Shown here one piece after another: positions 51,001-63,000 of a stretch of 64,000 nt of DNA. A program made the position numbers and the translations under genes. The stretch covers positions 1,108,575 through 1,172,574 of the forward strand of contig CP070837.1 of the NCBI GenBank assembly GCA_020341815.1, read 5' to 3'. How positions within the stretch are numbered: the stretch's first letter is position 1; every line of letters starts with the position of its first letter. Source of the DNA: Candidatus Omnitrophota bacterium. GTDB lineage: Bacteria > Omnitrophota > Gorgyraeia > JAFGHF01. The notes beneath the pieces are model-generated. The model made no database searches and had not been told where the DNA came from. It worked only from the letters and a program-made list of their open reading frames with translations.

Positions 51001-54000
51001 AGCTCGGCTTTAATCAATTCGGAGAATTCTTCGCCCGCCCATTCTTGAATAACGTGGCCATTGCCAATAAAACGGATGAAAAGATTCTCTGGGCAAACAG
51101 AGAAATAGAGGGCAAGAAAGAAAAGCTCCTCTGGCTGCCTGCGGACGAATATAAGGTTACAAATAAAAAGGAAAATGTCTCCGACGACGATGAATATTCT
51201 ATAAAAGCGGAAAACGAAACAATAAATATAACCAATCCTCTAATCCACTTCGGCCCCGACGGAAGCGAGCACACTTCTCTCACCGAGAAAATGAGCCTTT
51301 TTGAGAGAACGCTAAGCGGGGAATTTAGCGCAATTACCCCTATTAAGGAGATGAGTTTGGTTGTGGGCGAGGAAGAAGGAATACAGCAGCTGGAAGAAGA
51401 GATTAGTTATTCAGAAAATGGAATTAAACGCACTTATTCTTCCGAAGAGATAGAGGTATATGCCAAACTCACCCCCGGCGGAGGATTCTACCATTATCTC
51501 AAAGGGCACGATGCCAAAGGAGAATTAGGCAAAGGAACATACACAGAGAGCTATAACAATAAGACCCTGGAAAATGAAGGCGCCTATACTACCATAGTCG
51601 AAGGCGACTTAAGGATTCAGGGAATAGATGAGGCCTTCAGGGTGCTGCCTGAGAAAGGCTCCGGCGGCCAGGGCAAGCCTATCGTAGAAAGAGTAGAGGT
51701 AGAAGTAACCAAAGCATTTGCGGAAATAGACAATGTGCTTATCGGCCGCGCAACCAGCGGTAAGCTTTCCGCAGATTTCAAACCCTTTATGGGTGCCAAT
51801 GGCGAAGATTACCTCAATCCTTTATTTGACGCCCGAGGGGTAACGGAAAAGATAATTATTGGGGCGAAAGATAAGCTTTTCCATTATCTCAGAGAAGAAG
51901 AGGAAACAGGGTTCGTAGGCAATCCTTATGATGAGGAAGTAAGCTTTGTTGTCAATCATCCCTATGATACAAATGCTATAGAGATAAGCAATATTCAAAA
52001 GGGCGAAACAGATGACCTTGAGCTTTATCAAATCAGGACTTCCTTAATATATGGGCCGGTTACCCAGGCCACACGTAATTTAGTGGTAAAAGGTGGCTTG
52101 ATAGATGACAAGGAAAGCAAGACCTATATTAAAGCCCAGGAGCGTGAGGATACTGTTGTTGACGGCGTAGCCAAAGAGCATAACTTTGCCCCGGATAAAT
52201 GGCATGAGCTTATCTCACAAGACACCTATTCGACATCTCCTTTATGGCTAAGCATTAAAGACCCCGACTCAGAAGAAGTCTTCTTATTGGAATATCCTTT
52301 TTCAAAGGTCTATTCTGCAAGGTCGGTGCCTGTTGGCGAAGCAGAGAGGATTGTAATAGATTTTTCCGAAGTGGAAAAGGCAGCTGGCCAGAAAGATGCA
52401 AGCCTTGCCCTGATTAACTATATTAAGGCAAAGGTAGCAAATGTTGCCGATAAGGCATTGGAAGAGTGCTCCAAGGATTTGCCTCTTTCCGTTCGTCAGG
52501 AAATCGCCCAATATTTAAGAAAAGCTGTAGCAGAACTGCCCACAGTTCTAAATGACTTTATCCAGCAGCGCGCTCATCTGCAGCTTTTTGCAAAAGTCAT
52601 TGAAGCGAAAAATCCCGACTTTGCTAAGTGGCTGCTTAATAATAAATTCGGCGCCGAACTGAGAGAAAAGCTTCTGACCCTTACGCTTTTGGCGCAGACT
52701 CCGTATCTTAGGCCTTCTCCGGATAATAGCTGCGTGGCAATTACCGCTTTATTTGCCGTCCTTGATGAGAAGCTCGGCCCCGCCAACTTATTGTTTAACG
52801 GCGCAGTTATATGGGATTCGCCCAATCCGGAAAAAGACCAGCCCGGCCACATTGCTCCTCAATTTGCTAATTTCTTCAAACCCGGCTCGCCGATATTTGT
52901 CTTTGAGGGCGCTTACAGAAAGAGCGGCAACTTCAATTTGATTCATCCGGTAACGGGCAATTATTACGGCAAGAAGTTCGGGCCGGCCTGGGTGCTGAAC
53001 GAAAACGGTGAGCAGGTCTTTATTACTGCCGGCACTACTTATGCCCAGGGCTTAAAAGGTGTGCCTTACTATTGGGGCCTGACCAATAACTTCTTTGGCG
53101 AGAAAGCCTTAGGCATTGTGGCGGAAAGATTAAAGACAAAAGAAAACAGAGAAAGCGCCGTAAGCGCCCTTTATTATTTAGCCCTTAACTCCCCGATGAG
53201 CGCAAGCAATAAGAAGGGAATCGAGATTTTACTCGAGGCAAAGGACGCAAGCCCAGCTAAATTAAACAGGTTCTTCGTAAGCACATTCCGCGGAAAATAC
53301 TCCTTCGGTTTTATGGGCTTACCGGATAAATCCACTTCCTTCAGCTCTTACGGCTCGCCTGTGGTGCATACAGATGAAAACGGCGTGATTATAGATAAGG
53401 AGACAATGGCCTTTATCTTTACCTGCAAAGAGGCAGAGAGATATTCAAAAGAAATCCTCTATATGCAGCTTTCCGGAGTTAAAAAACAATTAGGCGAAGC
53501 GCTTGAAGATATGTCTGTGGAAGAGCAGACAGAGGCAATTAGAGAAAAGATAACCGAATATTATGTAGTTGGGCCCGAAGACAATGAGGTATTAGAAGCA
53601 ATAACGCCTGATATTACGGATTTCTTAAGAGCAGAAGGCTCAGAAGAAAAAGAATGGGATGCGGTTTCTGAGATGGTCGGGAAAATAGACGGCCCTCTCT
53701 TTGACTTCAAGCAGATAGTGATGCATGCTACCAGAGAAGGCAACGAAGGAAAAGTAGTTGCTTCTCTGGAAAAAGACGGCAATAAGCACATTACAGAAGA
53801 TTATGTTGTCACCCTTACGGAAGGCCTGATTAATCCTTCGGCGGAGTCGAAATTGCCCGCCTTTAACATGTCTAAATTCGAGACGGCCTCAGGCAGTCTG
53901 CCGGCCCCTACAAAGAGCAAAGAAGGCAAGCAGGGTAAAGAAAACCGTCCGGAAGGGGATTATGAACTTGCTGTTCAGAAGTTGTTCTTTGGTGAAGAGA

Positions 54001-57000
54001 CCTCACCCTGGACCAATCTTTACACGCTCCTTAAAGGAAAAGTAGCTTTTGGGCCGGAATGGTTTTATGTTGCCTCCGGTTATTTAGACGAAGGAAGCTC
54101 GATAACCTATAAGGCCGCCAAGGGTACGACCTTTGCCCATCCTTTCTTAGGGCCTGTGGCCTTAGAGAAGGCAAACAAGATAAAAGTAACTTATGCCAAA
54201 GAAGAAGGCAATATTGTCCCCACCACCTTATTCTCAAAGAAGGGAGAAATTGCCCCATACCTTCCTTTAATAGAGCTTGCCCAGAGCCAGCCTCGCGAAG
54301 GAGAATCTCAAAAAGAATTCTACCTCAGGGCCTGGCATGGCGGCAAATGGACAGTGGACAAAGAAAAACAGGACGGCAAGGACTACAACGTCTATTATCC
54401 AAAGAAGGATGTCTCTCTTGGCGTCTCCGGGGCAATGGTCTTATCTAACGAAGGCCCGGTATATTACAGCCCCGAAAAGGTTTATTATCACAAGTCAAAC
54501 ATTAAAGGATTAGAGGGCATGATTGCCACCTTTAAGGCGGATTCGGTATGGGATGAGGGCAGTTTCAATTTGGTTGATGCTAATCTTAAGAATCTACCTT
54601 CTATGAAATTTGACGTCTTCCTGCCCCAGTTTGATAAAAATTCAAAGCCGGCATTATCAGTAGAAGAGAGAGACCTGAGATTAATCGGCCTCACCTTTGA
54701 AGAATATGATGCAAACCCCACTCACGGCCCGCGCACAGAAATGGGCTTTAACGACCTGCAGGAAGAAATATTTGCGCGTTTATGCGCTTCTGCTTCTATA
54801 GAAAAAAGAGATCTGGACTTAATCGGCCTCACCTTTGAAGAATATGATGCAAACCCCACTCACGGCCCGCGCACAGAAACGGGCTTTAAAGCTCTGCAGA
54901 TGGAAACTTTTGCGCGTTTGTATGCGCTTATTCAACCTCCTTCTGTTTCTATTCCAGAGCAGACAGGTAAGAGGCCATACACAGATGAGGCCCTTGAGTT
55001 TGCAGCCGAGCAGGTAACCTTCTTGAACTTATCAAGCAATCCTGCGCGCGCTCACGGAAAAGTATCCCGCGCTGCCTTTATCAACCGCCCGCTTAGCTAT
55101 CTGATAAGCGCTGCCGGTGTGGTTCCTACAAGTTTGAATTTTATAATGAAAGGCCCGCTTAATGACCAGGGCAGGCACCGCTATAGCTTCTCTAAAATTG
55201 CGCCTAATTACAATCAGCACAGCGGCGCTGCTGTAATATATACTTATATTTACCCTGTCGACGCCAACGGCAATAGGGTTGAGAATATGGAAGACTGGTA
55301 TCCTCAAGTTTATCCCGGGTTTTACGCTTCCTCAGGAAAGTTCTATTTTGGGAATGGACAATGGACAGGAAATGAAGGCAATGCGAGAGGGTTCCATTAT
55401 ACTTATTCTAAAGAAAATAATTTTGAGAGCATAGTCGGGCTTAAATATGTTCAGCAGCTGGACGGCCTTCCTGTAACAGGGGCTTACCGCATGCAAGAGC
55501 ATGATGTGCCCATTGTTAAGGGTATGCCGGTTTCTGTAAAAGGGGATGAGATCTATTATAATGGCGCAGGCGATGTTTATCTAAATGCCAATAAGACGCA
55601 CTTTGACCTATATGCCCAAGGCGAGCAAACAGGTTTCAGCGGGATTGTTGTTACAGAAAATAAGACGCTTAGTGAAGCAGACGAAGAAAGAATCCGCGGA
55701 GCTTTGATAAATGCCGCAATCTTCCCTAAAGATGGTGGTTTCTTTTCCCAGGCCCTGCTTAATTTCGGCGAAGGCGGAATATATCACCCTGTTGTCAATG
55801 TAAAAGGCGAGAGTAAGAATATTTATCCTGAGCTAACACTTGGTGAAATAGCCGCAGGCTTCAGCGAGAACGGAGTTTACAATTTTACCGGCTTAAAGGA
55901 TTACCGAACCCAGACCGGCTTTGCCTTTACCTCACCTATTGCTACAGGCACTCCCAGGCAGCATGCTCTTAGCCCATACTTTAAATCCCTGGCAATAAAT
56001 ATCCCCGGCGGAAAAACCCTTGAAGTCGGCGATAATACTCTTGTTGGCAAGGTTGTGTTTGATGAAGATGGGAAGATTACAGATGGCGTGTTAATGAATA
56101 AAGCTTCCGATGCCTCCGTCTTATATCAATATCTTTGCGATGAACTTGTTGCAGAACTCGCTCCTAAAATAGGCACAAGATTTGAAGATTTAATGGATGA
56201 AAAAACATTTTCAGAAGAGTTAAAACGGCAATTAGGTTATAAGGAAAATAAATTAATTTCTGCATTCTTATATATACCTCGCTTTTTAGGATATGCTCCT
56301 TCCAGAAAAGATATCCTGGATGCAAAATATGTCGGCCCGTTGGCAAATGGCATAAATAATATTTTAGTCTTCAGAGAAGATGCTATTTTCGATAAGCAGT
56401 TTATAGTTGTAATTGGCCAGGATTCCAAGATAATGGTCAGAGAAATATTCGGTGAGATAAAGCCAGGGATACTTACCCCCAGCCTTTTACGTATTGTTGA
56501 TGAATGGAATCTTTCGCCAGACAGGCATCATATTATTGACGTAACGAAGGGTGATTTTATCTATGTGCCTGAAGAGGGCATAGATTTGGGAGACGGCTAC
56601 CGGCTTTTCCCCGATACCCTTTTCTCCGATGAGAAGATATTGGCGCCTACAGCCGATGGGGTAGAAGAAGTGGAGTATTTAGGGGGTAAATATTATTTTG
56701 CCGGACATAAACTCTCTGAGCTAGGCCCGGCCTACTATTATGATTATGCAATACGTCCTCGGGATAAGACGACGGCAAGACTGTTGGGGAGAATAATAAA
56801 GAAAGGCGATCCCGACTTTGAATTGGTAATGGGTGAAAGCAAAACCATAGACGGCGTTGAGTTTAGCCTCGATATGGAAAACAATTTCCTCCTTAAAAAA
56901 GGAGAAAAGACTTACAGAGTTGCAAACGGCGGTATTAATCTTTATAAAATCGAGGATAAGAAGATAAAACAAGATTATGCCTTAAAGTCTGGCTCGAAAA

Positions 57001-60000
57001 TGCTGGTTACCGAGGAAAGCAACGTATATTTGATGGACGAAAAAGGCGATATCGAATATTACGGCAATCTTGCCAATTTGCCGGACGGAACTATCCTTTA
57101 TTCCCCGGATAATATCTTTAAATTTGAAGTAGAACAGCATGGCTCCTGGTTCGGCGGACCGGAGTTAATATTCGCAGGGATTAACAGACCGGATAAATTA
57201 AAATCCGAGATGGACGGCTACACATTCTTAAATGTGGCAGGTATTTTCAAAAACGATGCGCACAGAGCTTTATACAAATATATGCAGGTCAAGAATAAGA
57301 CCGTCTTCAAATCCGATAACCTTGCCAGATACAAATGGTTTTTACAGGGTGACGAAGGTGAGGAAACAGGGTTTAAGATTGAATCCGAGTCTATGCTCAC
57401 ACAGATAAACTCTTCAGCCTATTTGATAGCTTCCTTGGAAAAAGCGGTTAAGGCCGGCAAGATTGACGGGGCCACGGCTTATAAAGTATTATACAATACC
57501 TTGCCCGAAGGCGTAGTTAGAGCGGCGTTTTCTCCTTCCGATTTAAAAGTTATTGACCGGGGAGATTATATAGATATGGGAGTTAAGCTTGGCGTAACCG
57601 CGCTTGTTTTACTCCCCGGTATGGCAGCTCAGCATGTTATGGCTGCTAAATTACTTTCTATCGGGAAGGCAGCAGCAAAGGAAACAGCCGCCACCGTATT
57701 TGCCCAGCAGGCTTTAACTCCAACAGCCCTGGCTTTTCAAACCTTAGGCGTCTTAGGCGCCGGCGGAGCAATCTTCTTTACGGCAGACAATGTCCTGAGC
57801 CTGTCTTTCCGGGGCAGACTGCTGCGCGGAAAAGAAGCGGCCCAGTCCGTTGTGGATGGTATTGGGGCAGCAGGACTTACGCTTGGCATATCGCAGCTTG
57901 CAGGCGCAGCTTACCTTAACAGATACGTGCTCGGCCTCGGCGGCGTAGAAGCGTTGGCGGAAAATCAACAGGCGGCAAATCAATTGGCCGAATTCCTGTA
58001 TTCTCATACCACCAAAGCAGCAGGCACCAATAAAGTAGCAACTATGATTGGAGATAAGCATTTCGCCAATGTCTTATTTGGCGATGGCCTGTGCGGTTCG
58101 CTTGCCCAGAGCTTCAGCAATACATGGTTAGGCAAATATACCATGTTAAGCATTCCTAAGATCTTGGCTAACTCGGTCGTCTTTTCTACCTCATTCTTCA
58201 AAAACACAGCTTATGAAGGCCCGGCTGTCTTTGCCGCCATGGTAGGGCCTTCGTTCACTTTAATAGGAGCGCCGTTTAATTACGTAAGGAACAGGCCTAT
58301 CTGGGGTGTTAATCCATATACGGGCGCCCCGCAGAGCTTGGCGCCGGCATTATGGCGTAGTTTCTGGAGCAGCGGTAAACATGGTATATATGGCGGACAC
58401 CTCATTACTGCATTATGGAATCCGGGCATAAACTCCGGCGGATATTTTGAGTGGTTAGGCTATCATATGGGTCTGTTTGAGCGCACTTACAAGCACTTAG
58501 AATTGCTCGGCAGCCCAATGAACGTTAAGGAGTTTATAGCAAAAGACTTAGCCACTCTTGCTAAGGATGCATTGGCCGTAAATAGGTTTATTACCCTGCC
58601 CGGAACATTTTCTGGCTTCCTCAGCAGTATGGATAAGTTCGCAATGTTCGCTTTTAATACCACGTTAGGAGAAATTGCAATAAATGAGCTATTGCAGAAC
58701 GTAGTTCCCTTGCATAAGTGGTATTATAAATGGGCGCATGGTAAAGACCTTCCTTATTATGAGGAAGCCCAAGTAAGGGATGTATGGGCTTCTGCCGGAG
58801 GCTACTGGCTTGCTTTATTATTCCCGCATGGACCCAATGACCCTGTATTTGCCGCCTACAATAAACCCGCCTTAAAACCTATGAAGAAAGGCCTTAAGGC
58901 ATTAAATCAAAAGGACTATTCGAAAGCGGAGAAGTATTTTTCCGAGGCCGCAAAATGGAGCCCTCTTAATGCCCAAATCCATAATTATTTAGGTGCGGCC
59001 CAGCAGGGCGCAGGCTATACAGATCAAGCCATCGGTTCATTTAACACGGCGGCAAAATTAGCCGCCAAGAGCACCCAGCCGGGCAGCGCGAAACTGCAGG
59101 ATAACGCCGAATATGCCAGATTGAACCTGAGGGCCCAAAATGCGCTGAAGGATGGGAAATTTAAACAGGCAGAAAGATTATATCAGAAAGCAATAAAGAA
59201 AAATCCTGAGGCAGGCGAGAATCACTATAACTTAGCTATAGCTCAGATGAATTTACATCGGCCTGCGGATGCCGTAAAGGATTCGTTTGCCAAGGCGGCT
59301 CAGTTGGCATATAAGGCAGGAAATAAAGAATTAAGAGACGGCGCGATTTCTAATTATTTGAAGGTAAAAGCAAGCGCTGATTATGCAGGAGCGGAAAAAT
59401 GGTTGACTAAAGCAGCCAGGATTAGCCCTACGGCAGAGAATTATGAGCTGTTGGGAGATATACAATTAGGAGCCGAGAAGATTAAGGAAGCAAAGGCTTC
59501 ATATACTATGGCCCTGGAAATTTTAAGACGCACAAACGGCAAGGGTGATTTCGGGTTAAGACTTAAAGGAAAAGTGCTTTTGGTTGGAAACATAAATCCT
59601 TCAGACTCATCGCCGCTTGGTAAGAAAATTAAAAAAGCTAAAATTGACTTACATAAGGCAAATACGCAGGGTAATCCTGCTGTGGTAGGCGATAAAGGCA
59701 TAGGCAAAGGCGATAAAGGTAGTCAAGATATACTTCAGGCTATAGAATTTGCTTATAAGCATTTAGATGACACAATCTTGAATCCTCAAGGTTCAAATTA
59801 TACCCCAAAGATGAAAATCTTCGGAGGAATAAATCCTCAACAGGCCAAGGATAATCCAGCGCTTGTCGCAAAAGAAAAGAAAGCAGTTGCTGCTGCAGGT
59901 TTGCGAAATAGAGTTACGCAGGGGCTTCAAGTAACAAATACCCAACCAATCATCATCCTGCCTAATTATAACCCGCTAACCAAAATCCTCGGCGGAATAA

Positions 60001-63000
60001 ATGGCAATGATGCGCAGAAAAATCCGGAGCTCGCCAGAAAAGAAAAGGAATTAGCGGCCAGGGAAGAGGCAAGAAGATTCTTCCAATCTTGCCATAACTT
60101 GATGGGAGATAAAACTAAGAAGTATAGTGTGGATATGGAAAAAGTGCAGATAGAAGCTGCACTTATTTTGACAAAACCTATTGGCGAGAACAACAGAGGC
60201 CCTTATACAAATGTAAATAATGCCGGAGGAAAGACGTTTATTGTTACCGAATCACAGCTGTATTTGATGCTCCGTTATGGATATAATGCAATAATATTGA
60301 CAGCAAACGATACATTGTCTCCTGCTTACACTGACGAGGACTCTGCACCTGGCATGAGATATTCTCAAAGAGACTTTGTGCAAAAAATCGGTGAACAATT
60401 TGGCCGTAATATAAGTATTGAGGATTTAGATGTATTATATAAAAAGATACATATGCTGGAAAGCAAAGGGGATATTAAAGGTGCTAAGGAAGCAGTTAAG
60501 CAAATGGCAGAAATCTTGGCAAATAGAGATATATTGAAGGTTATATCAACAACAACCAGAGGATACTTAGAGCATATGGCAGAAGGATATCTTGGAGAGA
60601 TCCCGGGATTATCGGATGCCCTTAATATGCTAAAAAATCCTGACAATAGCACCAGTATAATGGTTGATGAGATTGATCAAATTGGAACGGAAAACAGACA
60701 ATTTACGGTTTCTTCCAAAAGCAATCCACTTAAGGAGGGTACTGCTGAACAATTGCGCACTAAAGAATTGACAGAGCAAGCCTTTAATTTAGCGCAAGAG
60801 AGCATTAAAGCTAATGAATTTAAAATGGTAAATCTTCTCGAATCTCAGGAAGGCCAGGAGAGTTATGAAGAATTAGCATCTAAAGGAATCCTGACGGGGT
60901 ATATGGACGGGATGGCAGGAACAGGAAATATTACCAGCGGCAGGCTACTTTTATCAAAGGCTGTTTTTGAGAAGTTTAATCAGTATCCCAAGGGATTAGT
61001 GCAAAGTGTGTTTGAAGGGATATTTTATACATTTGGTTCCAAAGATTTCTTGACTCTACATCAGGATGCCGACGGGGCATTGAGATTGGTTGCGGCGGTA
61101 GAGCAAGGAAAAGCAGATTCCAACCTTATTCAATCAAACCTTGCCAGAACAATAGCGGCTACATTGCAATATAATGCTGAGCACGGGGATTATCTATTGA
61201 ATAGATATGGAAAATTACTAGAGGTCGATGATATAAATATAACTACTCAGACAAGTCGCCGTAGCTCTGCCTTGGTGCAGTTTCACGGAGCAAGAGTAGC
61301 CGGCATTACGGCTTCACCTCGGAGTGCGGGACCTGTCTTAGAGTCGAAATTAGGGTTGCAATATATAGGACAGGAAGCCGTATCTGCTGAAGGGACGCCG
61401 CTTCCCGATAATATTAAATTCAAGGTTGTCGGTAAAATAGATGCAGAAACACTTGCAGATGAAATCCAAACTTTAAGTGACGCAAGAGGGACTTTAATAC
61501 TTTTCCCTGAGACCAATTCTGTAAATCATACAAACCACGAATTTAACAAGTTAGGCAAAGAAACAAAAATCTTTAATAGTGAACAAGCAAAGGAAATGAG
61601 GAGAAGTAAAGGAGACATTATTATATCAGGACCAGAAGCCGGACGAGGTGTTGACTTTACAGATAACCCCGATGTTATTATTAATAATGGACATTTGGTG
61701 CCGAGAGAAGAAATTACCCATTGGGTATACAGGACTAATAGGAATCAAGAATTGTTGCAGCAAGGCCAAAAAGGTAAAGTCATTATTATAATGGAAAAAG
61801 ACAGTTTGGAGGAAATGTTTTCTAAGGGCGAAGCAAAACTTAAAGAATTAGCTAAAAATGGCGAGGGTGCAGACTTATTCCCTAGCGATTTATTTGATGG
61901 TGTAGAAAAAGGAGTAAGCACAAAAGATACTTTAACCAAGATACAGAATAATCCTGATAGTGCAGAATCGCAAAAGTTAGCGCGTGCATTATGGGAAAAG
62001 GCAGGTCGATATGCCGAAGCTATAAAAGTTTCTCAAAGTGCCGATAAAGCAATCGCTAATCAATATTATGAATCAAGGATATCCGAGCCCTTACAGTTTT
62101 ATAGAAGTGAAGGGTTTAGTGAAGGGGATGTTAAATTTGCCGTACATATGATTAATCGGATCGAAAGAGGAGAATATTCAGATGTGCCAGAGCTAAAAGA
62201 CAGTCTTCTGTCGCGAGCAGAAAGAATACGCTTGCTTTCCGAAGCATCCTGGAAACAGACAGTGAGACTGTTTCAGGATATGCTAGCCTTACAAATAGGA
62301 GGTAAAGGCTTAAGTGATGAAGGGAAGCTTTTGATAGAAGCCGAATTGACATTTGCTGAGCAGCAAATGTCGAATGAAGCAACGCAATATGGACATTTAT
62401 CTTTGGTGCCAAAAGATTGGAATGCCTGGCGTAGCCCCGTACCGCGGGCAAGTCAATTTAGAACACCGGACGGAGCAGTTGATATAGATAAGTTTATTCA
62501 GGCAAGTTCCCTTATTCACAATGACATTTTAATTATTGCTAAAAACCTTGGGAAGAAAGTTGTTCCTTCTCGAATTGTAGAGAGCAATTTGGGGGACAAT
62601 GTTTCTTCTGCAATAGGCAATTCTGCAGAAAAAGTGATGCCGGAACTCCGTTCAAATGCAGACCAGCCAAAGATTCCTACGCAGAGCGAAGACTTATTAA
62701 GGCGTATGGATAAAGCTATGGTGAAGAATAGACCGGCCGATTACGACCAGAAGAAAGCAGACATTAAAGAATGGCTTGATAAGAGTGGTTCAAGCGATGA
62801 TATAGTTTTTCCGGGTATTGTAAGAGGCGTTGCAGCCTTAACCCGCGCCAGCAAAGAAGAACGCAAAGATATAAATAAAGGGCTAAAGGAAATAGATCCT
62901 TTGACAGGAATTACTCCTCTTTCCGAAGACGGGCGGGTAACAATGCTTGAGGCCTTTGAATTTATGAAAGGGCTAATGGATGCAGGCACATTGAATATGA

